A stretch of 64,000 nt of DNA from a virus (lineage: Duplodnaviria; Caudoviricetes). This document shows, one piece after another, positions 36,857-45,860 of this stretch (positions are counted from its first letter, which is position 1; every line of letters starts with the position of its first letter). The notes below the pieces were generated by a model that worked only from the letters and a program-made list of their open reading frames with translations, made no database searches and was not told where the DNA came from. Made by a program: the position numbers and the translations under genes. The DNA is taken from positions 1 to 64,000 of IMG/VR virus record IMGVR_UViG_2912740531_000001; one strand, written 5' to 3'.

Positions 36857-37714
36857 TCAGCGGCCGCGGCTCGAGGAGTACGGCCACGGCGGGCGGGCGG
36901 GCTGGTTCAGCGGCGCGAACAGGCGGCGCTTCCACCGGGACAGGCTGTCGAGGGTGGGTAGGGCGCCGGCCTGGCCGGTGGTCGGCTCGGACTCGTAGGA
37001 GATCGACTGTCCCTCCGCACTGACGGAGGACACGCGGCGCCCCTGGGAACCCACGCCGCCGGGGCGGTTGCGTTCGGACTCCGCGGCGTGCGTGGTCACG
37101 TACCTGACGACAGGGTCGATCGCGGCACCGTCGAATCCGACGAGGAAGTCAACGTCGTAGGTGCCATCTCCGCGCGGGCGGTAGGCGGAGACCTGCACCA
37201 GGTCGTCGGCCTCGAACGGCCACGACTTGGGATCCCCCAGGTCCTCGTCGCGGTGCCAGTAGGGGGTGAGGGCGGTGCGAGTGACGAGCTGGGGGATGGC
37301 GGGCTGGCCGAGGTAGGCGACGACGTCGGCCTGCGCCTTCCGGATGGCGGTCAGCAGGTCGTCGCGTTGTTCCGCGTCGAGCGGCAGGGGAACGCCGAGT
37401 TCCTTGGCAACCGCTTCGGGGGAGGTGACGAGACCCAGCCCGAGGGGCAAGTCCAGGCGTACGGACTGGTCCTTGACGGGCTGGGTGCCCTCGCTCGGGG
37501 TGAAGGTGACGGTGGCCCAGTAACGGCTGGGCGGCACGTCAGGCAGCGCGAACCGGTACACCCCGGCGCGCAGCCGGGTGGCTGGTCCCACTTCCGCCAC
37601 AAGGGTGGAGCGGTCCGGTCCGTCGTACAGGGACAGGCTGGTGACCTGCCCTCCGGCCGGTTCGGGGTCGTAGTGCGCCCCGCCGTACATGGGCTTGTGG
37701 TCGTAGGTCGACAC
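36857..37714 (-). CDS. Head-tail connector protein
   Basis: AQADVVAYLG and SVSAEGQSISY motifs; GTG start with RBS. Confidence 0.72.
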   Translation of the reverse strand: MSTYDHKPMYGGAHYDPEPAGGQVTSLSLYDGPDRSTLVAEVGPATRLRAGVYRFALPDVPPSRYWATVTFTPSEGTQPVKDQSVRLDLPLGLGLVTSPEAVAKELGVPLPLDAEQRDDLLTAIRKAQADVVAYLGQPAIPQLVTRTALTPYWHRDEDLGDPKSWPFEADDLVQVSAYRPRGDGTYDVDFLVGFDGAAIDPVVRYVTTHAAESERNRPGGVGSQGRRVSSVSAEGQSISYESEPTTGQAGALPTLDSLSRWKRRLFAPLNQPARPPWPYSSSRGR

Positions 37715-37725
37715 CCCGGGCTCCC

Positions 37726-38310
37726 TTACTGCTGGGTGGTCGCGTCGGCCTGGGAGGCGAGTCGCGCGGCCTGGGCTTCCAGGCGCTCCCGGATTCGCGC
37801 GGCGACGCTCTCGGAGACATGGGCGCCCGCGGGCTGCAGGAGGCGGTGAACTGGGTTGCGGTGTGGTCCGAGGAACGTCTTCTCGACCAGGCGCACGGTG
37901 CACACGAGGGTGGAGCCGTACGGGGTGAGGGGCACGAACACGGAGTCCACGTCGGCCGGGGGTTCCTTGGTCGCGTCGTCGATGATGACCTCGGCGAGGT
38001 TCTCGTCGTCGGGGATGACCTCGGTCGGGGTGGCGTATGAGGGCGCCTCCGGGGCTGCCGGGGGTTCCTGGACGGCCGGCGGCTCGAGCGGAGCGGCGTC
38101 GGGCGCCTTCGGAGTGGCGTCGGCGGCCGGTGTCGACTCCTCGGGCTCCTGGGCAGTCGGGGCGGTCTCGTCGGTGGTCGCTGCACTGGCGTCCCCGGCG
38201 GGGGCGGTCGCCTTCGCCGGGGCGCCGGCCGTCGTGGTGGCCTCGGCGGTGGAGTCGGCAGCGGTGTTCTTGGTGGCCGCGGTCTTGCGAGTGCGGGCGG
38301 TGCCTGCCAT
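37726..38310 (-). CDS. Hypothetical protein, Ala/Thr/Pro-rich N-terminus
   Basis: RBS and codon bias. Confidence 0.75.
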   Translation of the reverse strand: MAGTARTRKTAATKNTAADSTAEATTTAGAPAKATAPAGDASAATTDETAPTAQEPEESTPAADATPKAPDAAPLEPPAVQEPPAAPEAPSYATPTEVIPDDENLAEVIIDDATKEPPADVDSVFVPLTPYGSTLVCTVRLVEKTFLGPHRNPVHRLLQPAGAHVSESVAARIRERLEAQAARLASQADATTQQ

Positions 38311-38351
38311 GAGTGGCTCTCCCTCTCGGGGTTGTGGTCCGGACGGCGCGT

Positions 38352-38381
38352 ACCCTGCACGGCCGCGCGCGCTTGTGTCGC
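38352..38381 (-). promoter_or_regulatory. Late-type promoter motif
   Basis: GCGACA-CAAGC..N18-CAGGGT. Confidence 0.7.
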
Positions 38382-38417
38382 GCGCTGCGCTGGTTACCTC
38401 GAGAGGTTGTGTGAGCA

Positions 38418-38455
38418 GTGGAAAGCCCCGGGGTGCAGCCCTCGGGGCTTTCCAC
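38418..38455 (-). terminator. Intrinsic terminator hairpin
   Basis: GTGGAAAGCCCCG...CGGGGCTTTCCAC. Confidence 0.8.
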
Positions 38456-38464
38456 CGTCAGGTA

Positions 38465-38929
38465 TCAGGAGTAGGTGAAGCCTCCCGTCTTGGTGACGTT
38501 GCCGGTGTCGGCCGCGACGACGACGTTGACGGCACCTGCCGCACCTGCGGGGGTCTTGACTTGCAACTCGGTCGCGGAGATGACCTTGAGCTCGGTGCCC
38601 GGTGTCGCGCCGAAGTTGACCGCGGAGACCCCGTCGAGCCGGGTGCCCGTAATGGTGATGGTGGTCCTGCCCGCGGCTGGGCCGGTCGTCGGCGTGATGG
38701 TGGTGACCGTGGCGGCGGGGTCGAAGTGTCGGTCGGTCTGGGACTGGGGGACGACGGTCCCGGCCTGGTAGAGCAGGTGGCGCCGGGAGCCCTCGGGTCT
38801 GCCGTCGCCGGGCCCGTAGGCCTTGGTCTCGTATACGTCCTCGCTGAGGCGCATGGGGGTGTCGCTGGCGGGGACTGCGGGGAACGCGGACTGCTCGATG
38901 CGTGTCCCGTCTTCCTTGTAGAGGCCCAT
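38465..38929 (-). CDS. IPT/TIG (Ig-like) domain protein, probable decoration protein
   Basis: C-terminal ATVTTITPTTGPAAG...VTKTGGFTYS, paralogous to the major tail domain. Confidence 0.82.
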   Translation of the reverse strand: MGLYKEDGTRIEQSAFPAVPASDTPMRLSEDVYETKAYGPGDGRPEGSRRHLLYQAGTVVPQSQTDRHFDPAATVTTITPTTGPAAGRTTITITGTRLDGVSAVNFGATPGTELKVISATELQVKTPAGAAGAVNVVVAADTGNVTKTGGFTYS

Positions 38930-38960
38930 GGAATCCTTCCTGGGGTCGAGTGGCCGGCGA

Positions 38961-38990
38961 AGGATGGGGCACGGGGGTCGCTTGGGTCGC
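38961..38990 (-). promoter_or_regulatory. Late-type promoter motif
   Basis: GCGACC-CAAGC..N18-CATCCT. Confidence 0.6.
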
Positions 38991-39011
38991 GTACTCGCTG
39001 GGGAGCGGGGA

Positions 39012-39040
39012 ACTTGCCCAATTGGGCAAGAACGATCTTG
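39012..39040. repeat. 29 bp element with an 18 bp perfect palindrome, copy 1
   Basis: ACTTGCCCAATTGGGCAAGAACGATCTTG; inverted copy at 45872-45900 (28/29). Confidence 0.85.
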
Positions 39041-39057
39041 ATGTGCCCCCGAGGCGG

Positions 39058-39798
39058 CTACGGCCGTCCGCCCCTGAACTGCTTGCCGGGGCCACGACGT
39101 CGCGCGTCCTGTTCCCGCTGCAGTTCGCTGAACCGTTTGTCGCCCTGCTTCTTCTTGAGGTGCTTGATGTTGTTCGCAGGGATGCCAACCTTCTGCGGGC
39201 CGAGCACGGACACCAAGCACCCCTCATCGGCCCGGGAGGTGTACCCGGCCTCGGTGAGGGAGTCCGCGTCGGGGAAGATGTCGACGTGCCGCTCGATGGT
39301 CACGTCGACCAGGTGGTCCTCGCGGCCCCCGAGTGAGTACACCCACTTGAAGTTCTCCGGCGGGTCAGGCTCCACGACGTCCCGGAACAGAGAAACGCTC
39401 TTGGTGTACGCGTAGAACTTCACGCCCGGCGCGGCCCGCATCACGCGCATCCACGCCTCGGTGTACTCCGTGGAGAAGAAGTCGCCGGCGTCGTGACAGC
39501 GAACCCACCGGCCTTGGTACCGCTTGTGCTGGAGTTCCGCGGTCATCTGCGCTTCCCAGCCGGGCAGATCGTCGAGCAGCATCATCAGATTCGCCTCGTG
39601 GCGCGCCTTGACGCCCGCGAACCGGTAGGCGCCCTGCCGCGCGTAGCAGAGCTGCGCGCAGATCCCCGCAGACGGGCACGTGTTGTAGGTGCGGCCGTCC
39701 GGCAGGGTCCCGGCCCACGCCGGGATGGACCAGTTCCATATGCCCTGTCGCCGCAGGTCTGTGTTCTGGGTGAGTAGCCACCGTGGTTTGTCAGTCAT
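39058..39798 (-). CDS. Gp88-like protein (CxxxxxCxxxC Fe-S / radical-SAM-like)
   Basis: TCPSAGICAQLCYA, RCHDAGDFF, FYAYTK. Confidence 0.78.
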   Translation of the reverse strand: MTDKPRWLLTQNTDLRRQGIWNWSIPAWAGTLPDGRTYNTCPSAGICAQLCYARQGAYRFAGVKARHEANLMMLLDDLPGWEAQMTAELQHKRYQGRWVRCHDAGDFFSTEYTEAWMRVMRAAPGVKFYAYTKSVSLFRDVVEPDPPENFKWVYSLGGREDHLVDVTIERHVDIFPDADSLTEAGYTSRADEGCLVSVLGPQKVGIPANNIKHLKKKQGDKRFSELQREQDARRRGPGKQFRGGRP

Positions 39799-39804
39799 GC
39801 CCGG

Positions 39805-39834
39805 ACCGTGGAGTTCTGGGATGGCTTGCGTCGC
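39805..39834 (-). promoter_or_regulatory. Late-type promoter motif (leaderless)
   Basis: GCGACG-CAAGC..N18-CACGGT, 6 nt before the ATG. Confidence 0.7.
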
Positions 39835-39836
39835 GC

Positions 39837-41084
39837 TCAGAGGATCCGCAGGTCGTCCCAGCCCTCGGGGCCGACGCTGAACACCAACAGGCCGGAAGTC
39901 GAGACCTCCCCGGAGCGGACGGCGTACCAGTCGCTGCCGTTGTCGAGGGTGGGGGCCTGGATCCACAGCCTCCCGTTGCCCATCTGCTGCGCGCGGAAGT
40001 GGTGGTAGTGGCCCGTGATCAGGATGTCGGCGTCCGCGACAGGCTGGCGGCCGAAGGTCTGCCCCCTCCACCAGTCGCCAGCTTTCTCAGGCCGCGGGTA
40101 CTGGTGGCCGTGAGCCAGGCCTACGATGCGCCCGGCGATGTCGAGCGACACGGTGTCCCGCCACCGCTCCGGCATCACGAACGAGACGTGCCCGTAGGCG
40201 TCCTGGTTGCGGGCGTAGGCGTCGGCCACCTGGGACATGACCTCGATGCCCCAGTCGTCGACGGGCGGGCCGACGGCGTCCTTCCCGCGACGAACACGGC
40301 CGTGGTTGCTGCCGCACGTCGCGGCGACGACACGGGCGAACTTCCCGGCGAGGCGGTCCAGGCCCTCGAAGGTGACGCGGCGGTGGACGCGGATCATCTC
40401 GGTCAGGGTCAAGTCGTTGGTGAACGCCTGCTGCGTCGTGTTCTCGAAGCCTTCGACACAATCTCCGGCGTCGGCCCAGTAGGCGACGGACGGGGCGCGG
40501 CCGACGGCCTTGAGATCGCGGATGTGGTCGTCCAGCTTGTCGAACCGGTCGGCGACCCGGGCGATGAGCTCCGGAGTGCCGCCGTCGCGGCCCACCTTCC
40601 CGGCCTGGGCGTCGGCGTACACCACGACCAGGGCGCGCTCCGCGGTGTCGACGGCGGCGCGCGGCTTCCGGCGGCGGCGCATCGCGTCCCGTACGAGGGC
40701 GTCGACGTCGCCGGCGGACATCCACGCGGGCTCGGCCGGTTCGATGACGTACCGGCAGCGCCACACGGCGCGGGTGACGGCGTCCTCGCCCTGGGCGTCG
40801 CGGTGCCAGGCGGCCGGGTCGTGCTTGGCCTCGACGAGGCGGACGCGGAAACCGTCGGGGATGGTCAGCCCCATCTCCTCTACGCGCTTGCGCAGCTCGT
40901 CGTCACCGGCCGGTGGCTTGTCGGCGGGCGGGGCGGTGACGACCATCGTGCCGCTCGGCTCGTAGCGCACCCCGCTCTCCCAGCCGCGAGGAACGGCCGG
41001 TTGGAGCCGCTGGGTCTGCGCGGGCTGGCTCTGTTCATGGGAGGCAGGCTCGAGGAGCGCCTGCAGCTCGTTGTTCAGGGTCAT
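39837..41084 (-). CDS. Calcineurin-like metallophosphoesterase
   Basis: DAQAG, GDCVEG, SNHG, HGH and GHYHH motifs. Confidence 0.85.
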   Translation of the reverse strand: MTLNNELQALLEPASHEQSQPAQTQRLQPAVPRGWESGVRYEPSGTMVVTAPPADKPPAGDDELRKRVEEMGLTIPDGFRVRLVEAKHDPAAWHRDAQGEDAVTRAVWRCRYVIEPAEPAWMSAGDVDALVRDAMRRRRKPRAAVDTAERALVVVYADAQAGKVGRDGGTPELIARVADRFDKLDDHIRDLKAVGRAPSVAYWADAGDCVEGFENTTQQAFTNDLTLTEMIRVHRRVTFEGLDRLAGKFARVVAATCGSNHGRVRRGKDAVGPPVDDWGIEVMSQVADAYARNQDAYGHVSFVMPERWRDTVSLDIAGRIVGLAHGHQYPRPEKAGDWWRGQTFGRQPVADADILITGHYHHFRAQQMGNGRLWIQAPTLDNGSDWYAVRSGEVSTSGLLVFSVGPEGWDDLRIL

Positions 41085-41356
41085 CGCTCGCACCGGCATC
41101 CGTTGGGCTTCCCACGTCGTCGGTGCCGATTGACGGTGTAGGCCGTGACGGCGTCGCCGTACCGGCTGAGGGTCTCGGCGATAGCCGTGGCGGAGACACT
41201 GGCCGAGTCCAGCACCGCGCGGAGGGATGCGGCCACGTCGGCATCTGCGGCTTCCAGGAGCGCGCCGACGCTGCAGCGGGGGCCTCGATGAGCGGCGGGA
41301 GCGCCCGCAAGCGCGTCCAACTCCTGAGCGAGGCCTATGGGTTGTTTCTCGATCAC
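41081..41356 (-). CDS. Small HTH / Zn-binding hypothetical protein
   Basis: GPRCSV...AIAETL...TVNRHRR...CRC; ATGA-coupled to the phosphoesterase. Confidence 0.7.
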   Translation of the reverse strand: MIEKQPIGLAQELDALAGAPAAHRGPRCSVGALLEAADADVAASLRAVLDSASVSATAIAETLSRYGDAVTAYTVNRHRRRGKPNGCRCER

Positions 41357-41438
41357 CAGCGTCCTCCGTCGTCGTGACTGTGGTACGTGGGAGGGGGCGC
41401 GCCCGTGGCCCGGGTGCACCCCCTCACCCCCGTCCGGA

Positions 41439-42734
41439 TCACGGGGCCGGCGTGGTCCAGGTGCCGATGACGAAGCTCTCCGGCCGCGGAACCTCGAGCG
41501 CCAGGCGCTCGTCGGCGCGGAACGTGATGAGGCCCTGCTCGTAGTTGATGCCGTTCTCCGACGAGACGGTCACGGAGACGTTCTCGCGGTCGTGGAGCTG
41601 CGCGCCGAGACCGAACGCGCCGATGAGGAAGTCGGTGTCGGCCATCGCGGTCGTCTCGACGACGTTGAGGCGCCACACCTTCTTCTCGGCGCCGATCGCG
41701 ACGGCGATGGCGACGCGGAAGGCGCCGTTCTTGTCCTCCTCGACCTCCACGTGCTCCCACATCGTGGGCGACAGGACGATGCCGGTCGGGTCGTATTCGG
41801 CCAGCAGCGCCCTGGTGATCGCGCGCCGAATCTGGACGCTGTACTGGTCGGTCGCGAGACCGGTGTACTGCTGGACGCCCGGCGTGTTGTAGATGCCGGT
41901 GATGGACTGGCCGTCGCCGATGCTGTGCAGAAGGTCCCAGTCCTCGGCGTACTTGACGCCCTCCACCATGCGTGTGTTGATGAAGGTCTTGAGCCTGGGT
42001 TCGTCGCTGAGGATGTTCTTGTGCGCATCGAGCAGGTGCGCGACCTCGGCCACCGGGTACATCACCGGGGTCAGCGTGAGCTTCGACCGTGGGGCGCGGC
42101 CCCAGGTGTCGGTGTCCGCCCCGGTCGCCGGCGACGTGCCGTCCGCGGCGTACCGCTCCTTGATCTGCTTGGCGCTGTTCGTCCAGCCGGTCTCTCGCGC
42201 GCCGTACAGGACGGCGTTCTTGGTCGTGCTCTTCGGGAACAGGTCCCTGATGTGGAACTTCCTGAAGGGCCTTTCGGCGATGCCGAGGTTCTGCGCGGAG
42301 CCGAGGACCTGGTGGGTCACCGTGCCCGCGGACAGGGAGAAGATGGACTTCCCCTCGATGTCGGCGCGGATGTACGGCTTGTCACGGAACCCTGCCTGCG
42401 TGGCGTTCTGGTAGGAGGCGGACTCGACGAACAGGTCGCCGAGGGACTTCTCCTCGATGCCGGGACGCTGGCCGTAGTGGGTGGCCGCGGCCGGCGGGTT
42501 CTCCGGGGCCTCGAGGTACTGCTTGATCTCGACCAGGCCCTGCTCGGCGTCGATCAGGCTCTTGATCTCCGCGGCCTCGGCAGAGACCTTCTTGAAGGCC
42601 TTCGCCTGCTCGCTGGAGACGACGAACTGACCGCCGTCCTCGACCTTGAAGGTCTGGCTGATGCGCTCGGCCTCGGCGGACTTGACCTGGAGCGCCTTCT
42701 GCAGCTCCTCGATACGTGTGGTGGTGGCGGGCAT
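41439..42734 (-). CDS. Major capsid protein (HK97 fold)
   Basis: N-terminal coiled-coil delta domain; C-terminal ITFRADERLALEVPRPESFV. Confidence 0.92.
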   Translation of the reverse strand: MPATTTRIEELQKALQVKSAEAERISQTFKVEDGGQFVVSSEQAKAFKKVSAEAAEIKSLIDAEQGLVEIKQYLEAPENPPAAATHYGQRPGIEEKSLGDLFVESASYQNATQAGFRDKPYIRADIEGKSIFSLSAGTVTHQVLGSAQNLGIAERPFRKFHIRDLFPKSTTKNAVLYGARETGWTNSAKQIKERYAADGTSPATGADTDTWGRAPRSKLTLTPVMYPVAEVAHLLDAHKNILSDEPRLKTFINTRMVEGVKYAEDWDLLHSIGDGQSITGIYNTPGVQQYTGLATDQYSVQIRRAITRALLAEYDPTGIVLSPTMWEHVEVEEDKNGAFRVAIAVAIGAEKKVWRLNVVETTAMADTDFLIGAFGLGAQLHDRENVSVTVSSENGINYEQGLITFRADERLALEVPRPESFVIGTWTTPAP

Positions 42735-42817
42735 TTGGGGTGCTCTCCCTGATGCTGGGGGCGGTTGACGTGCGTCGCTCGCCCGGCCAGCACCGGGACG
42801 CCTCAACGCGAGGCGGA

Positions 42818-42847
42818 ATGGAAAGGGGAGACTGGGGTTAACGTCGC
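42818..42847 (-). promoter_or_regulatory. Late-type promoter motif (capsid; deviant -10)
   Basis: GCGACG-TTAAC..N18-TTCCAT. Confidence 0.6.
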
Positions 42848-42958
42848 GTGCTGCCCGCTCGGGACGTCAAGAGTGGGCAGCACATGGGGTTTGACCTGCT
42901 GTTTTGTTGTCAGCGGTGCGGGAGCTCCGCGGGTTGGGTCCGGGTTGGGGGGTGCAAC

Positions 42959-44899
42959 TCAGCTCCGTATCAGGGCGAGTGCGGCCTTCACTTCGTCGGC
43001 GTCCATGCGCACGGTGTCCTCCGGTGCGCGGGCCGGCTCCGCGCCCTCGTGGTCCACGTCGTCTTCTCCGTCGTCGACGTCGCCGAAGGCGTCTTCGTCC
43101 CACAGGGCCAGTCCGAGCGGGGTGGCGGCCGCCGTACGCTCCGCAGGTGCGGCGTCGTCTTCGTCGGCGGCGATGTCGAGTCCCTTGGCGGACAGGGCCG
43201 CGATCAGGTCGCGTACCTTGTCGCGAACCTCCTCGAACTGCTCCGGGTCCGCGGTGCTGCTGCTGACGCGGGCGGTGGCGTCGGCAAGCGTCTCCACGGT
43301 GGGCTGGACGACCCGGGCGTCGACGTCTTCGGCCTCGGTGGCTGCTCGGTGGGCGGTGGTGCCCTCCGGTACGACGATGGTGGCAAGTTCGACGGGCTGC
43401 GGCTTCTCCAGGGTGATGTCACCGGTGGCCGTGACCGTGTACGGAATCGCGTAGTGGCTGCTGCGTCGCTCGGTCGCCCCGTCTTCGCTGTGCACGGAGA
43501 CGATGACGCGGTCCGGATAGGTGCCCTCGATGCACGTCCAGGTGCCGCCGTCCTGGTCGAGGAGTTCCCGGACCTTGTCGGAGAGGCGGGAGCGGAACTG
43601 TTCCTGCGACTCGGGCATGGGCTTGGGGGACATGGCGAGAGCCTCCAGGTGGGCGATGTGCTTGCTCTTGGCCTCGATGACCGTGGAGCGGGCGGACTTG
43701 TGCTCGATGCGAGGCAGGGCGCGGGCGGCCTGTACGGCGGCGCGCGCGGACTTCTTCTCGGTGGAGGTCACGCCGTCCCGGGTGGCGTTGATGATGCCCT
43801 CGAGGACGTTCTCGGAGATGGGACGGGTCGGCTTCGGTGCCGGGCCCTGCGGGAGGGCGGCGCCGGCCAGGAGCTCCAACGGAGTTTCGCGGCACTCAGG
43901 CCGCAGAAGCGCCATGTCGGGGAGGGCAGTGATCGGCCACCAGGCCGTGACCTCCGTCGCGTCGCCCTTGGGGTCATCGGGGTTGGCGATGCGGCGTTCG
44001 TCGTGCGGCACGTTGATCGGCACGGAATCCTCGGTCGGGACGACCGCGACGAAGCCCCGGTAGATGCCGTTCGGGGCCGTCCAGGAGCCGATGACGCTTG
44101 CAGTGCCGGGCAGGGTCGAGCCGGTCTCCTCTCCCCACTCGCGTACCGCGGCCGTGAGGGGGTCTTCTCCGTCTTCCCTGTGTCCGCCGGGGAACTCCCA
44201 CATTCCCGCGGCCGGATCGTCCTCGTCGAGCGTGCGCTGGATCATCAGCACGCGTCCGGTATCGGCGGCCTTCACGACCAGGCCCGCGACTTTGATGGCG
44301 TCCTTGCCCTTCGACGAGGCGACGACGTCGATCTCGACATGGGAAGGCGTGGTCTTGTACTCGAGGCCGTCGTGCCCGCCGGTGGCGGACTTCACCTCGA
44401 GGCTGCGCGTCAGGGGGTGCGCTCCGTGCAGAACGGGCGATACCTCGTACAGGTCCAGGTGGTGGATGACGCGGACTCCGTCACCGCGCAGGGACGCCTC
44501 TCCTTCTCGTACGCGGTAGCCGATGGAGAACGCGGCCTGCCCGTGCTCATGCCACTGCTTGACCTGCTCGTAGGCGTCACGGCCCTGGCGGGTGCGCAGG
44601 TTGTAGATCACGGTGGCGACGAGGGCGCCGGCCTCGGCGGGCCAGTCGGGGATGTCGGCGAATCGAGGGTCGCCGGGCATCCACTCCTCGCACGCGGCGA
44701 CGACGCCGACGGGATCCTTCCACCCGTGATGCCAGACTGATTTGACGGGGCGTGAGGCCAAGGTGCGGGTGAAGGCGCCGGGCAGGACGAGGTCATTGAC
44801 CTCGTCCACCACGCCGGTGACGGCATAGATTGCCCGGCTGGTGCCTCGCTGGGTGGTGCTGGGGCGTGCGGATCTGGTGGGTGGAGCAGCGCTCGGCAC
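42959..44899 (-). CDS. HK97-type prohead protease fused to a Nudix hydrolase
   Basis: D.V.PGAF, WHH, FSIGY, LYEVSPV..GA; Nudix box GGHREDGEDPLTAAVREWGEETG. Confidence 0.9.
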   Translation of the reverse strand: MPSAAPPTRSARPSTTQRGTSRAIYAVTGVVDEVNDLVLPGAFTRTLASRPVKSVWHHGWKDPVGVVAACEEWMPGDPRFADIPDWPAEAGALVATVIYNLRTRQGRDAYEQVKQWHEHGQAAFSIGYRVREGEASLRGDGVRVIHHLDLYEVSPVLHGAHPLTRSLEVKSATGGHDGLEYKTTPSHVEIDVVASSKGKDAIKVAGLVVKAADTGRVLMIQRTLDEDDPAAGMWEFPGGHREDGEDPLTAAVREWGEETGSTLPGTASVIGSWTAPNGIYRGFVAVVPTEDSVPINVPHDERRIANPDDPKGDATEVTAWWPITALPDMALLRPECRETPLELLAGAALPQGPAPKPTRPISENVLEGIINATRDGVTSTEKKSARAAVQAARALPRIEHKSARSTVIEAKSKHIAHLEALAMSPKPMPESQEQFRSRLSDKVRELLDQDGGTWTCIEGTYPDRVIVSVHSEDGATERRSSHYAIPYTVTATGDITLEKPQPVELATIVVPEGTTAHRAATEAEDVDARVVQPTVETLADATARVSSSTADPEQFEEVRDKVRDLIAALSAKGLDIAADEDDAAPAERTAAATPLGLALWDEDAFGDVDDGEDDVDHEGAEPARAPEDTVRMDADEVKAALALIRS

Positions 44900-44938
44900 G
44901 GCGGGAAACCTCCGGCGGTGGACAGTGGGCCGCCGGGC

Positions 44939-44968
44939 ACCGTGCCGTTCGCGTCTGCCTAGTGTCCT
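44939..44968 (-). promoter_or_regulatory. Late-type promoter motif (protease)
   Basis: AGGACA-CTAGG..N18-CACGGT. Confidence 0.6.
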
Positions 44969-45168
44969 GTGCTGGCCACGGGCTGGAGCGGCCGCTGCTC
45001 AGCTTCGGAGCGGGCCATGGACCAACCGCGGTTCCAGTAGCGGTATCCGAACTGCTCCTCGGCGTTGCCGTACATGTTGTACGGGCAGGCGTCGGAGGGG
45101 TCTCCGGCCTCGTACGCGGCCTTGCCTTCGTTGAGCCGGTCCTGGAAGGTCTGGCGGTCGAGCTGCAC
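44959..45168 (-). CDS. Rmf/CrpP-fold small protein
   Basis: EG.AAYEAG...CPY...W.RGW pattern. Confidence 0.65.
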   Translation of the reverse strand: MQLDRQTFQDRLNEGKAAYEAGDPSDACPYNMYGNAEEQFGYRYWNRGWSMARSEAEQRPLQPVASTGH

Positions 45169-45180
45169 TCTCGGCTCTCC

Positions 45181-45810
45181 TTACTGGCTCGCGAACATCG
45201 GGTCTTGCACGCCGCGGTCTTCGGGCGGGGCCTGGCCGCCTGGGGCTGCCGGGTCGGTCGTGCCGTCTCCCCCTTCGGGGCCGTGCGATCGGGTCATCTG
45301 CGCCCCGTCCACGTCGATGGCCCACGCATCAGGGTCTGTGTAGCGCCACATCTGGCCCGTGGAGTCACGCACCCATCCGGTCAGTGTGCCGTCCGGGGCC
45401 TGGTCGAGCCAAGCCTGTTCCCCATCGCTGCCGGTGTACGCGGCGAAGGCGTTCTCTGGGTCGGTCTCGTCGCCCTCGTCGTACATGTCTCCGGCCCAGG
45501 GGCGGGAGTCGTCGTCGGGCAGTTCCGGGGCCGCGCCCGGGTCCTCTCCGACGCCTTCTCCCTCCGGTGGCGTGTCCGTTGCCGGAGGCGCAGCGTGGTC
45601 CTCCGCCGGTGCGGCGGGGGCCGCGGTCGGGTCCTCGGGCAGGTCCTCCACCGCGGGGTCTTCGGAGGGGTCGTTGTCGGAGACGCCGGGGCCGGCCGTC
45701 TCGAGTGAGGCCTCTTCGGTGCCCGCGGTGTCCTCGTTCTCGTCGTCTTCCTCCCCGAAAGGCTTGCCGCCCTGGGGGAGAGCCTTGATGGCGAATCCGT
45801 ATCTGGTCAC
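45181..45810 (-). CDS. Highly acidic hypothetical head-module protein
   Basis: Asp/Glu/Pro-rich with a Trp-rich core; GTG 6 nt after the -10 element. Confidence 0.72.
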   Translation of the reverse strand: MTRYGFAIKALPQGGKPFGEEDDENEDTAGTEEASLETAGPGVSDNDPSEDPAVEDLPEDPTAAPAAPAEDHAAPPATDTPPEGEGVGEDPGAAPELPDDDSRPWAGDMYDEGDETDPENAFAAYTGSDGEQAWLDQAPDGTLTGWVRDSTGQMWRYTDPDAWAIDVDGAQMTRSHGPEGGDGTTDPAAPGGQAPPEDRGVQDPMFASQ

Positions 45811-45816
45811 GTGCGG

Positions 45817-45847
45817 AGCATGCGCACGGGGGAGCGGCTTGTGTCGC
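45817..45847 (-). promoter_or_regulatory. Late-type promoter motif (leaderless)
   Basis: GCGACA-CAAGC..N19-CATGCT. Confidence 0.65.
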
Positions 45848-45860
45848 CGCCACCGCCCTC

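Noticed and set aside
34318-38720. DGR template/variable repeat pair from the two IPT domains
   Set aside because: Similarity is at protein level, differences are not adenine-specific, and there is no RT.
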